Below are positions 36,020 to 47,200 of a stretch of 64,000 nt of DNA, piece by piece. The DNA is taken from positions 27,834 through 91,833 of the IMG/VR virus record IMGVR_UViG_3300005613_000024. One strand, 5' to 3'. The position numbers were made by a program, and so were the translations under genes. Position 1 is the stretch's first letter. Every line of letters starts with the position of its first letter. The notes below the pieces were generated by a model, which was given only the letters and a program-made list of their open reading frames with translations, had not been told where the DNA came from and made no database searches. The DNA is from a virus.

Positions 36020-36525
36020 ATAAAATCATAGGGATTGTTAATTTGAATAAGAAGTTTTGCATCTAAGGGCGGATTAACATAATCAAGCGTTCTGGTTTCA
36101 TCAAAATGTAATCCTGCATGAAGAGTAACTTTCTTTTTATTAGAATTTTTAATGTCTTCAATTTCGTAAAATACGCTTTTATTTGGAGAAGAGAAAATTA
36201 TTTCATCTTCTAAAACTGCATTTCGATATAATGGTTCTACATCAAACGGAATCCATTTTTCTGCAATACCTTCAAATTCAATATCCCAGGTTTTAAAATA
36301 ATTAGGATTTGTTCTTAAATCAGAAACGTGATTAGAGGGAACTTCCATTTCTTCCCAATCTATACTAAAGTCTCGACCTTTTTTGAAAAGCTGTAAAGAA
36401 GATTGAGTTTTATCAAATTCACTTTCATTTGAATTATGAATAGTTTCTTGAACATCTACATCATAATCTAATTTATTAGAATTCTGTTTTATGTGATTAA
36501 GTTTTTTTCTTTGACTGTTAAACAT
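36016..36525 (-). CDS. putative tail/baseplate protein
   Basis: End of structural block; N-terminus (QRKKLN) resembles that of 37971-38462. Confidence 0.5.
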   Translation of the reverse strand: MFNSQRKKLNHIKQNSNKLDYDVDVQETIHNSNESEFDKTQSSLQLFKKGRDFSIDWEEMEVPSNHVSDLRTNPNYFKTWDIEFEGIAEKWIPFDVEPLYRNAVLEDEIIFSSPNKSVFYEIEDIKNSNKKKVTLHAGLHFDETRTLDYVNPPLDAKLLIQINNPYDFI

Positions 36526-37996
36526 CTTCTTTTTCTACCTTATACCTAGTTAAATTGTCTGTTGGTAATTTTAAAGTAACAAGTAATTTCATTTCTATAC
36601 TATAATATTCTGGAATCCAAACTGATTTAGTTTGTCCTGGTCTATTTTCTGCAACTCTAGCATAAGTGCTTCCAGATTGAGTATAATCTTCATCAATATA
36701 TTCTACATCCTGTTCATCTTCTTGAATTGCAGGAGCAACATAAACAAGATTACCCGTAACGAATAATCTATATGTATCTATTTTTGTTCCTTCATAGATT
36801 CTTGCAAATGTATTTTGTATAGCTCCCGATTCTTCAAAAACTGTAGTCTCGTCAACTGGATATTCATCTAAAGGATTAATTATCGTTGTTATAGTAGTAT
36901 ATGGCAATGTTCCTGTTGGTAAATTAATAGGTTGTATTGTACTAACATTAAAATCAAACCTAGTTGCTCTTGTACTACTATAAAATAATTTATATCTATC
37001 TATATCGTCATAATCTATGGAAGAAATTTGTTTTCCAAAGTCTGTGTCTATAACATCTCCATCATTATAAATATCATAAGATGCTTTAACTTGTTGAAAT
37101 ACTCCATTTTTCCATAATTGACCAAACAAAACTGTAAACTTCATATAATCTGCAAACAAGGTAGCAGTTGTTGTAACATTTTTTGTGGTAACTGTAGTTG
37201 TTTGTGGATTCCCTTCACCATCTTCATATGCAGTAACTTGAACTAAAGTACCCGTACCTGTAACAGTAGAAGAAGTAATTGAATCTATTGCAGATGTTGT
37301 AAATTGTTTATAAGTGTAATATCCTGGATGACCAGCCAGGGGAGTAACATCATAAATAGTAACTATGGTATTAATATATCCATTTCTTAATTCGTAAGTA
37401 TCGGGTGTACAAGTAAAATTTATATCTCCATATAGCCATTTACTTGTATTCGCTTCTAAGATATTACCATTAGTAATATCAGTTTCGAGAAACATTTTTG
37501 TAGTAGGATAATAACCTTGATAAATTACAGAACCATCCCCAGTTATACGATAATAATTTGAAGTGTCCCACACATAACCATCTGTCATAGCTAAAGCTTT
37601 AAACGAGAGATTAGGATGATGTTTAACAAGAATATTAACATCTACATAAGGAAGGAATTCTTCTGGAATTTCTAAAGTTTGACGAAAGCCAAAATTAATA
37701 GGGATAGGATAATCAACAGTTTTTCTTGAACTTCTGCTAGAAACGGTAGGAGCGTTAGAGTTTACATAAGCATATTGGTCTAAATCTATAAAATCTTCTA
37801 CTAAATTACCAGAAATAGGATTTGAAATTACACTTGAAAACCAATCGCTATCATACAACACTAAAGGAGCTTTCCATAATTGACTAGCTTTTTGTAAAGC
37901 CTTTTCAGTGGTCTTTTTTATATTTAAATTATTAATATTTTTTTGAAATTCATCAAAAAGAACATTAATTTTATGTCTTGTTGTTTGATATTTCAT
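36518..37996 (-). CDS. putative tail/receptor-binding protein
   Basis: Thr/Tyr-rich beta-type composition in the distal tail region. Confidence 0.55.
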   Translation of the reverse strand: MKYQTTRHKINVLFDEFQKNINNLNIKKTTEKALQKASQLWKAPLVLYDSDWFSSVISNPISGNLVEDFIDLDQYAYVNSNAPTVSSRSSRKTVDYPIPINFGFRQTLEIPEEFLPYVDVNILVKHHPNLSFKALAMTDGYVWDTSNYYRITGDGSVIYQGYYPTTKMFLETDITNGNILEANTSKWLYGDINFTCTPDTYELRNGYINTIVTIYDVTPLAGHPGYYTYKQFTTSAIDSITSSTVTGTGTLVQVTAYEDGEGNPQTTTVTTKNVTTTATLFADYMKFTVLFGQLWKNGVFQQVKASYDIYNDGDVIDTDFGKQISSIDYDDIDRYKLFYSSTRATRFDFNVSTIQPINLPTGTLPYTTITTIINPLDEYPVDETTVFEESGAIQNTFARIYEGTKIDTYRLFVTGNLVYVAPAIQEDEQDVEYIDEDYTQSGSTYARVAENRPGQTKSVWIPEYYSIEMKLLVTLKLPTDNLTRYKVEKEDV

Positions 37997-38444
37997 GCCA
38001 AACTCTGGGATTAATTATTTTTAAAGATAAGTTTAAATAAGATTGAGCGAAGCTCGGAGTAAAAATAATTCCGTTGAAACGAAATTTAAATATGTAATTT
38101 TCTCCACTTTTTTTCCACAAATATGTATACGACGGAAAATATAAAAAATCTTCATCTTCAAAATTTGTTCCATCGGTACTATTAACAAAAAAAACTGGTC
38201 TAATAAAAGACAAGTGTTTTGAAGTTACATTTTCTATTGTTTGTTCTAATATATATATACCGCCAGTCCAATCAAAAACATCAAAATATTCGTTATTCAA
38301 TAATATAATAGCATTCTTCTTCTTGGCATAAATAACATCGCTATTTAGATAATGAACTTTTGGCAACTTAGAAATATTAATTTTATTTGAAGATACATTG
38401 TCATTTAATTTATTTAATTTTTTTCTTTGAATATCTCTAAGCAT
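37971..38444 (-). CDS. putative tail/baseplate protein
   Basis: Likely start MLRDIQRKKLN coupled to the upstream stop. Confidence 0.5.
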   Translation of the reverse strand: MLRDIQRKKLNKLNDNVSSNKINISKLPKVHYLNSDVIYAKKKNAIILLNNEYFDVFDWTGGIYILEQTIENVTSKHLSFIRPVFFVNSTDGTNFEDEDFLYFPSYTYLWKKSGENYIFKFRFNGIIFTPSFAQSYLNLSLKIINPRVWHEISNNKT

Positions 38445-41269
38445 TAGGCTGGATAACTCCACGTATTAGGGTCAAATTTACTAAATTGTTTAGTAGATTC
38501 TTCTTCTGTTGTATATTCATCGTCGTTTATATCAGGATAATTTTCTTGGTCTTCTTGTAATTCAGACAAAGATTTTTGATTATCGCAATTTAAAATAACT
38601 GACATATTTTCCGTATTGATTGTAATAGTCTTTACTCCTAATGGAAATCCATTATTTCCGTTATAGATATTAGCAGTTGTTGTATTCGTTATATTGATTC
38701 TTGATAATAAATTAACATTATAATAATAATAAGCGTCTAAAAATAATGTTATATTTGCAGAAGTAACTGGTAAAATATCACCATTTATATTTTTTAATTG
38801 TTCGTATTCTATATCAGCAACTTTTTTTGCATAATCTTCGTAATTGTATCCAGCATCTCTTGTCAAATATAATCCATCTTTTTTATCTTCATAATAATAT
38901 TTTGGAATTTTCTTACCATTTCTTACTGCTCTTAATTTATAGGGTTCAGAACCAATATAATAAAAGCCTAAATCTGTTTCTGTATCTTCTAACTGTTTTT
39001 GACGTTTATATGAACAGCCATCTAGTGTCCAAGAATCGCTGGCTAAACTACCCAATGTAGTGCCAAGATAAGACAAAGTTGCCTGAATTCTACCTGTAAT
39101 AAAATTTGTAAATTTAGCAAACCAAAAATAAGACCAGTTTTGTTTAGGATTAAAATTGCCATTTTCTATTCTTTCTGCTAATGTAGATTGAGTTCCTAGC
39201 CATTGAAGTCTTATAATGTTTTGTTCTATTTCTGTTCCTAAATTAACCTGAACTCCTTTAAAATATTCTGAATTTAAGGCGTGATTAATCGGATAAACTT
39301 CTTGAGAAGTATAATCACTGAAATTACTATCTATATAAGTTTGTGCTTCAGCGAAAGAATTAAATTCTTGAGCATCGACTATATCTCCACTCCAGTCACT
39401 TCCTGTCCAATATAAATCTTCTTCATTAGTAATAACAGCCTTTGTATCTAATAAAGCGTTTGGGTTGTCTATATTTATATCATTTATTAAACAATGATAA
39501 ACGTGCAAATTCTCGTCAACAGTAGCCAACGGAATTGAGATTCTATTTTTGATATAACTTGGAGTAGTGGCTTTAGCGGTTACTACTACCGATTCTGCTT
39601 CGCTATCTGCGGTCAAATTCGTAATATAACCAGAAAATTCTGTATGACCATCTATTTGAATTATAACAGCATTATTATTTGTAATTTGCGAACTACTACC
39701 TTGATTATCATAATCTAATTTATCATATCTTCTATGAAGTGTAAAACTAGCGATGCTTTGTTCTTCTATAGTATGCGTAATGACAATACTTTTTAAATTT
39801 ACATCATCTAAAGGACATAAATCAGTTCCGTTTATCTTAACAACTATATCATTAAAAGTTATAGGATTCTGAAAAATAGAAGAATAAGCATATTCTATCC
39901 ATCTCAAGTCTGTGTTAATAGATTTTGTAATTTGAGCTTTAAATCTCAAATCTGAATTAATTAATTTTCCTAAAATAGTGTCAAGTCTTGTCGATATTAT
40001 ATTTGTAATTTGTTGAATCCATCTTAAATCAGTGTTAATAGATTTTATAGTAGATTCATCAATCATAACTATTTCGCCAGACGAATCATCTGTTGTTGCA
40101 TAAGTAATAAAATGGTCTTCTAAAACTTCTGCAAGTTGAAAAGTATCAGATTCGCCAGTATTTATAATAGTTTGATTGTTTAGATTTGTCTTTTCTATTT
40201 TCGCAACTTTTCCTTCGTCACATATAACATAAAAATAATCACTTGTATCATTTAATACAACATCTTTAGCATTTTTACATCCAGTTATTTCATATATTGT
40301 CTGTACGGGAGTTGTAGGAGTAGAAATATCTATATGCACTATTTTAGCAGGGTCGGTATTAGTAACATAAATTAACGGATTGTAAGAAATAATCTTTGTA
40401 ATATAATCAGTCTGCTCATCTAAAGTTATATTCCACGAATCAGCAAGATTGACAGTATCATCTATTGATGCTTGTTCAGGATTAGTATTAATTGCCCATA
40501 ATTCAGCCAAGTTAATAGTTTCGCCAATACTTGCTTGTTCAGGATTAGTTTGAAGTTGCCAAGTCTCGTCTAAAGTAACAGTATCTTCAAGAGATACAGT
40601 TTCTTCTGAAGGAGCAGAATACGGAGATGTAGGAGGCGTAAAATTACTAGTCCATCTTGCAATACCTCTCGAAAATCTAAATTCATCTATATAACCATTC
40701 AGCCAATAATTAGCCAAAGGAAAAGCTCCAATATATAGATTAGTTGTTCTCGCTATAAAAGAACCAGTACAAGAAACATCTGCTCCTTGTTGTTCTCCAT
40801 TAACAAATAATTTTACAACATTTCCATAACGTAAAACGGCAATATGATACCATGTATCTATACTAAAACTATAACTTCTTGAAAAATTAACTGTATCTAT
40901 GATATAATCTCTAAATCTTATACTTCCAGATTCCAAAGCTAAATAAAAATAACTACTACCTCCGCTTTGTCTTGTAAAAAATCCTTGATTACCACTAGTA
41001 TTATTAAATCTTACCCAAAAATCAAAAGTAAAATCATCAGAAGCTAAATCTAATTCAGCAAAATCTGTAACGTCTAGATAATCGCTATTTCCGTCACAAG
41101 ATAAAATTCCATTATTTCCTCCAAAAGCATCAACCACATCTGTATCTACTTGTGCAGTTGCGACAGCACTTACACTTCTCCCGTTGCCTGACGAATCATC
41201 AAATGTTGTTGATGCATCTGTTCCGTCGCAATGCAATAGTAATTCTGTGTAACTATCAATACCTGGCAT
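38444..41269 (-). CDS. large tail protein with N-terminal LamG/ConA-like domain, internal repeats and hub-like region
   Basis: LLLHCDG...DDSSGNG, DFTFDFWV, WYHIAV, GYIDEFRFSRGIARWTSNFTPP (LamG-like). Confidence 0.8.
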   Translation of the reverse strand: MPGIDSYTELLLHCDGTDASTTFDDSSGNGRSVSAVATAQVDTDVVDAFGGNNGILSCDGNSDYLDVTDFAELDLASDDFTFDFWVRFNNTSGNQGFFTRQSGGSSYFYLALESGSIRFRDYIIDTVNFSRSYSFSIDTWYHIAVLRYGNVVKLFVNGEQQGADVSCTGSFIARTTNLYIGAFPLANYWLNGYIDEFRFSRGIARWTSNFTPPTSPYSAPSEETVSLEDTVTLDETWQLQTNPEQASIGETINLAELWAINTNPEQASIDDTVNLADSWNITLDEQTDYITKIISYNPLIYVTNTDPAKIVHIDISTPTTPVQTIYEITGCKNAKDVVLNDTSDYFYVICDEGKVAKIEKTNLNNQTIINTGESDTFQLAEVLEDHFITYATTDDSSGEIVMIDESTIKSINTDLRWIQQITNIISTRLDTILGKLINSDLRFKAQITKSINTDLRWIEYAYSSIFQNPITFNDIVVKINGTDLCPLDDVNLKSIVITHTIEEQSIASFTLHRRYDKLDYDNQGSSSQITNNNAVIIQIDGHTEFSGYITNLTADSEAESVVVTAKATTPSYIKNRISIPLATVDENLHVYHCLINDINIDNPNALLDTKAVITNEEDLYWTGSDWSGDIVDAQEFNSFAEAQTYIDSNFSDYTSQEVYPINHALNSEYFKGVQVNLGTEIEQNIIRLQWLGTQSTLAERIENGNFNPKQNWSYFWFAKFTNFITGRIQATLSYLGTTLGSLASDSWTLDGCSYKRQKQLEDTETDLGFYYIGSEPYKLRAVRNGKKIPKYYYEDKKDGLYLTRDAGYNYEDYAKKVADIEYEQLKNINGDILPVTSANITLFLDAYYYYNVNLLSRINITNTTTANIYNGNNGFPLGVKTITINTENMSVILNCDNQKSLSELQEDQENYPDINDDEYTTEEESTKQFSKFDPNTWSYPA
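40425..40605 (-). repeat. three ~21-aa tandem peptide repeats in the tail protein
   Basis: ETVSLEDTVTLDETWQLQTNP / EQASIGETINLAELWAINTNP / EQASIDDTVNLADSWNI. Confidence 0.8.
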
Positions 41270-41283
41270 GAAAGGCTCCTATA

Positions 41284-41740
41284 TTATACTCTTGATACAG
41301 TAATTGTTGCGGTTACTATTAAATCAATATCGACACTTATAGCTTTTGCACTAAAAGTCGTTCTGGCTAACATAGTAGAACCAGAAGCAGTGGCACTATC
41401 GAAAATGCCAGCTTCGGTAATATTTTCTGAGACACCAGAACCAAAATCAAAAGTTTTAGTAAATTTTGCCTTATAACTAGCTTCGTAACTTAACGTGGCT
41501 AAAGCACGAGTATATTCAGTTTCTAATGAAGTATCAGAAGTTGTTGCTCCTGTAGTTCCTGTACCAATAGCAATAGCTCTAAAATATGTAGCACTTACGC
41601 CATTAAGCAATTTCGCCACTCTTTCAAGACCATTATCTACAATAGTGTTACATTTCTCTTCAACATCAATTACTTCTCTGGTAAAACGATTAACTCTTTT
41701 TATTTCCCAATTCTCGACCAACTGAAAGGTTCCTGCTTTC
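41284..41740 (-). CDS. phage tail-fibre/baseplate-type structural protein
   Basis: NTIVDNG...IAIGTG...TSLETE...ITEAGIF...MLART pattern; likely start MKAG. Confidence 0.7.
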
Positions 41741-42416
41741 ATAGACGATTTTTTCTGCATTTCTTAGTCTCCTTTAAATATTTAATAGCGTTTTGTAAAA
41801 TATTTATATTATCTTTTGCTCTACCTAATAAATTATTACAATTATCGCATAGTAATCCTCTTATTTCTCCTGTTTTATGATTATGGTCAATACTTAATTT
41901 TTTAATTTTTCTATTACAATTTTTTGAAGTTTCTTTATTATTACAAATAGCACATTTGCCATTTTGATGTAATATCAACTGATTATACTGCTCTAACGTA
42001 ATACCATATGAGCATTTTAACTGTAATTCTCTTTGATATAATTTTCTCTTACGTCTATTTTTTATGTATCTTTTCTTTTCTTCTTCTTTATGATTTTTTC
42101 TATACTCTACTCTATATTTTTTATATCGAGAATTTTTACTATTTTTTCTTTGACAACTTTTACAATTATAATCTAATCCATCTTTAGATTCTGATGTTTT
42201 ATAAAAATCAGACAATATCTTAACTTTATGACATTGATAGCATTCTTTAAAACCACGTTTTAACAAATTTAACTTTTTTAAATATTTTTTTCGGGCAGTT
42301 ATTGTTTTTCTGCATAATTTACAATTATAATGATAACCATCTTTCATAGATTTATTTTTATGAAATTCAGATAATTTCTTTCTCTTTTTACATTTAGTAC
42401 AGATTTTAGTTTTCAT
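41739..42416 (-). CDS. endonuclease VII-type HNH homing endonuclease with two N-terminal Zn-finger repeats
   Basis: YGITLEQY...QNGKCAIC...LSIDHNHKTGEIRGLLCDNCNNLLG. Confidence 0.9.
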   Translation of the reverse strand: MKTKICTKCKKRKKLSEFHKNKSMKDGYHYNCKLCRKTITARKKYLKKLNLLKRGFKECYQCHKVKILSDFYKTSESKDGLDYNCKSCQRKNSKNSRYKKYRVEYRKNHKEEEKKRYIKNRRKRKLYQRELQLKCSYGITLEQYNQLILHQNGKCAICNNKETSKNCNRKIKKLSIDHNHKTGEIRGLLCDNCNNLLGRAKDNINILQNAIKYLKETKKCRKNRL

Positions 42417-42432
42417 AATATTTTACTTTCTT

Positions 42433-43002
42433 TTAATTTACAGTATAATGCCAAGTGCCATCATTATATACTCTAACATATGTTCCTGGAGAAGTAAAAG
42501 TTGTTACCCATATATCTCCTGTTACAGAGTCTTCAGTAAATGATTGAGCATTGGTTACTGTAGTTAAATCTATTGTCTCTATATAAGTTCCAGAAGTATT
42601 AAATTTTACAATTTTTGCATTTGTACCACTTGTACTTCCTGGAATTAAAAAATACACATATGTACTAACTAAAATATCTACTGGAGCTTCTGTAATTCCA
42701 GCAGGTATAGAAAAATCAGTAGGAGTTGTTATCGGAGTGCTTCGAGTATAACGCCTACCAATTAAAGATGAATCATCTAATGCTAAATAAATATATAATC
42801 CATCACAAACAGCTTTTTTAATTTCATCAACAGCAATGTCAATATCAAAATAAACTTGAAGCGGATTATTCCATGATACTTTCTGAAACGCACAGTTTCC
42901 ACTAGCATCTTGTTTGAAACCAAGCCAAAGATACAAATTCAAGGAATCCATTAATATCATGGAAATTTCTTTTTCACTGAAATTAAAATTTTTTATTAAC
43001 AT
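42433..43002 (-). CDS. putative beta-propeller-like virion protein
   Basis: Beta-rich; resembles the internal region of 38444-41269 (TDPAKIV / TNAKIV). Confidence 0.5.
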   Translation of the reverse strand: MLIKNFNFSEKEISMILMDSLNLYLWLGFKQDASGNCAFQKVSWNNPLQVYFDIDIAVDEIKKAVCDGLYIYLALDDSSLIGRRYTRSTPITTPTDFSIPAGITEAPVDILVSTYVYFLIPGSTSGTNAKIVKFNTSGTYIETIDLTTVTNAQSFTEDSVTGDIWVTTFTSPGTYVRVYNDGTWHYTVN

Positions 43003-43145
43003 AGTAAATCTATCTCTACAAAATGCATCTTGCTTTCTTTGGTTTTAATGACAAATGTTTGCCAAATCATATAAAATTTCATTCTTTTTTTATCATGCCA
43101 GTAGTCCCAAAGAAAGAAAAGCATTGATTGTATCCTTTTAAAAAA

Positions 43146-43778
43146 TTATGTTGTTGCGTATTTCACAGCAATAATAGGTTCTTCGGCTCCTGCGTCAGTT
43201 TGAGATGCAGAGATAACTATTTTTAATTGACAATACAATACATCTGCTCCAGATAATGCACCATTCTGATTATTGAGCCAGAGATAGTGACCATCTGAAC
43301 TTCCAGCAAGACGAGAACCTGTCCAGCCAGCACCAGGCAAAGCATCAGTAGTAGTAATTCCTCTATACCAAGAACTTGTTGCCGTTCCTGAACCTAAAGC
43401 TGTTAAAGCGATAGAATCCATATCAGAATCATCCCATACTTCTAAAATTGGCTCTGAAGCAGTTGCGGCATCAAATGAAAAACCTAAAACATATCGCTTG
43501 TTATCTGCACCCATATTATGAATTTCTTTCAAAATGCCAGCATCATTGTCATCTAAAAAATATCTATCGACAGTTTGTTCTATGCCAGTTAAAAGCATTC
43601 CCGCACTATTAAGTTGAGTATCTGAAGGACTGGGTTGACCATCATCTACAGCAGTAGAACCTGCGGAAAAGATTAATCTGTCATTGTCTACGTCAATTAA
43701 TTGCCAACTAGAACCACTGCTCCCAACTTCTGTGTCCTGAGTTCCTATATTGGCGTAAATCGTTAGTGTAGCACTCAT
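43146..43778 (-). CDS. putative tail structural protein
   Basis: AGGAG RBS; acidic Gly/Ser/Ala-rich; follows the Dit-position gene. Confidence 0.6.
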   Translation of the reverse strand: MSATLTIYANIGTQDTEVGSSGSSWQLIDVDNDRLIFSAGSTAVDDGQPSPSDTQLNSAGMLLTGIEQTVDRYFLDDNDAGILKEIHNMGADNKRYVLGFSFDAATASEPILEVWDDSDMDSIALTALGSGTATSSWYRGITTTDALPGAGWTGSRLAGSSDGHYLWLNNQNGALSGADVLYCQLKIVISASQTDAGAEEPIIAVKYATT

Positions 43779-43793
43779 ATAATTCTCCTTTTA

Positions 43794-44219
43794 TTAACTC
43801 CAGGAATTTGCCCTGAGCGTTAAAGTTCCATATAAAAATTTATGTAAATTTCCTCTTGAAGTATCAACAACAATTGGAGCTAAACGCATAACTTTTATAC
43901 TTTCTAAAGATTCGTCATTTACTAATGTTAAATCATATTTTAAATAAAAATGTGTATTTTTTACAATCGCTGTTTGCATTGCATATAAAGCTGTCATTAA
44001 ATTTGTATAATTAGAAGCTCCTAAACGAAAATAAATTGAAATGTCATAAGGGGCATCTCCGCCAGGAATTATTATTGAACCAGCACTTCGTTTATTAGTA
44101 TGTTCTACAAAATCAGGATTATCTATATCAAACGCAGGGTCTCTTCTAATTACATCTTCTATAGTATAAACTAAGCTAACGCCATCGTCAGCATAAATTT
44201 TATGTTTAGGAACTGCCAT
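43794..44219 (-). CDS. distal tail protein candidate
   Basis: Immediately downstream of the tape measure gene; size and composition typical. Confidence 0.55.
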   Translation of the reverse strand: MAVPKHKIYADDGVSLVYTIEDVIRRDPAFDIDNPDFVEHTNKRSAGSIIIPGGDAPYDISIYFRLGASNYTNLMTALYAMQTAIVKNTHFYLKYDLTLVNDESLESIKVMRLAPIVVDTSRGNLHKFLYGTLTLRANSWS

Positions 44220-44231
44220 AATAAAATCTCC

Positions 44232-47200
44232 TTAAAGTGTACTTCCTTGTTTACCTATTAAGCTATTCTTAATCTCTTCTTTTGTTTTATTTTTCATTTT
44301 TTCAAATTCATTATCTATTTTTTTATCTAATTCTTCGGCATTTTTAGCATTAATAGAAATGTTTATTCCCCCTCCAGAAAATTGAAAAGTCGAAACAGGA
44401 ACTTTTGTTGTCGGAACACTTGTCATGATTCCTGGGTCAAGAGGATTTCTTTTTATGAGTTCTGTTGTGAAATTCCCTCTTCCAGCAATTCTATTTTCAG
44501 CTAATGCTCTCTGTGCAGTAATTAAATTCTCTTCTCTTAATTTATTTATTTTTTCCTCTATTGCTAATCTTCTTTGAGCTAAACTAAGTTCAGCTTTAGA
44601 AAAAGTTTGTCGTTTTCTTAATGATTCTTCTTCTATAGATATTCTTGTACCTCCACGAAGACCAGTATCTCCAGGAACAATATCTCCTTTAAAAAAAGCT
44701 TCTGCTTGTTGTTGTTTAAAAATATCAGCAAATTTCTCTTCAAAAACATCTAATTCTTTTCCACCCTTACGAACAAAAGTAGAAAAATCAACATTACCTG
44801 CAAGAACATCACCAATTTTTCTAGCCACTTCAACTCCTTGCTCTTTAGCAATATCAAATAATTGTAAAGAAACATTTCCTAATCGTGACTGTAATTTTTT
44901 CTCATCTCCGATTGCTTGTTCTGTTTCTAATTGTCTTTGTAAAATAGTATATTTATCTTCTTCTATTCCAAGAGTTTTTCTTGCCGCAGATTCGTATTTT
45001 AATATTTCAGAAGTTAAAGCTCCTGCTGCTTTTAATTTATCTAAATCTATATTTAAAAGAATTTCTCCTATTTTTTTACGTTCTCTATCAGCTATTGCTT
45101 GATTCTTTAATTCTGTCTGTGTATTTTGAGCAGATTTTTCTATTTTTAATTGTTCTTGATATATTTCTTTTAATGAAGCTAAAGTTCTTTTAATTGTTGC
45201 ATCATCAGTAAATATATCTTTTCCAGTAATTTCTAAATCACTAATTACTTCAAAAAGTTCTCTAGCATTTAATTGTCTGCGAAGCCCTTTATTGATTCTT
45301 TTTCCAACATCTTCTCCTATATCATCAAATTTTTTATTTAATTCCTTAGCTTCTTTTTCTAATCTATTATATACATCTTTCAAGTTTAAAGTGGTAAAAA
45401 TCGCCGCACCTGTAAGAAAAGGTAAAGATGTTAATAAAGGAATTAGTTTTGTTCCTATCAAACTAACTAAACCAAGTAACTGAGTTCTAAAAGCTAATGC
45501 CGAAGCTACTCCCGTTGCAATTAAAGCATTTTTAATAGCACTTCCCATCTTTTCAGCACTTTTCTGAATATTTTCTTGTGCATTAACTATCTTCTTTAAT
45601 AAATCTACATAATCTTCCCCGCCCGTTAATCCAACAACAAAGGCTTTTCCGATTTCTTTATTTAAATTTTTATATCGTTCAACCAATCTATTAATTTGCT
45701 CTGATTGATTTTTAAATTCATCATTAAATTCTTTTACATTGGGAGTTAAGGCTAAGTTTTCCTTTAATGTTTTCCTTAATGCCACTAACGCCGCAATAGG
45801 TTCAGTTCCTCTAATTGCGAAAAATTCCTTAACAGTTTTAGTTAATTCTTCAGGAACTCCTTGAACAGTTTTTAACTTATCTAAATTATCAACTAATAAA
45901 GATAAAAATTCTATAGTTGATTGTTTTTTAGGGTCAAATCCCAAATTTAAACTTCTGTTAATTTCGTCTATTTGTGATAATGATTTAAGTAAAGTTGTTC
46001 TTAATAATCGACCTGCTCTACTGGCTAAACCGCCAGTGGATAAAGTGGCTAACAAAGCTAATGTATCATTAATAGAAAGATTAGCTATTTTAGCTGTTCC
46101 TGCAAACTTCTCTAAATTTCCAGAAAATTCTTTTACTTCAAAGGCGTTTGTTTTCCAGAGTTTATCAGTTAAAGCAATAGCTTCTGCGATAGCCTTTGAC
46201 TTTTCTTCAGTAGAATCCATATCTTCAGTTAAAACTCTTAAAGACCTGGCAAAGGCATTTGCGGTTTCTTCTGCATCACCAAATAAGGTGACAGATAATT
46301 TTGTAGCCGCTATACCACCCGCAAGAGATTCTTCAATTCCAAAACCAACAGTTGCAAATTTTTGAATAGCACTTGTTACTTCCTCAACTGCTACTCCTGA
46401 TTCTAAAGAGAAATTAAGAATAGCATCTTTGGCATTTTTAAAATCTGCATCAATATTAGTCGAAGTGGCAGATATATTTCTTTTTAATTTTTGCAAAGCT
46501 TTATCAAACTTCGCTATATCTTTTAGTCCATTTCTAAAAGTAGAAATAACACCTGTAACTGCTCCTCTTAATAATAGCCACACTGGAATTGTTAGTGCGG
46601 CTCGTTTAGCTAAACGAGCCAAATTTTGACCAAGAGAAAGTGTCTGTTTATCAGTTTTAACAAAATCTTTAGTAACATCTCTTACACTTCTACTAACTTT
46701 CTGAACTCCTGAAGGAGTTTTGTTAATAGTTTCTCTTAATTGTAAAAATCTACCATTTGAAGTCTGAACAATACTTCCTAATTTAGTTAAATTTCCAGAA
46801 AATTCTGGCAAATTTCTACTAACGATTTTGGTAACATTACCAACTCCTGTTAATTTATCTGCAAATTTAGCATTTATATCTGCAACATTATTTAAATTCG
46901 TTCCTAACTGACTTGATTTTCCTATCAAAAAAGATTGATTTTTAGAAAATTTGGATATTGATTCTGATGCATTATTTACAGAAATAGTAGTTCTCTCGAA
47001 GGGCTCTATAATACCTTTTTTATTTGCTTTACCAAAAATACTTACAGTTTTAGTTAATTTTAAAAAATCTCCATTAGTATCTTTAATTATTTGAGATGTT
47101 TGAGATGTAGTACCTATCAAATCTTTCATCTCGTTTGGAAGTTTTTTAATACTTGCTTTACCAAGTTTACCATATCCATCAGATACTTGCTTTAAATTTT

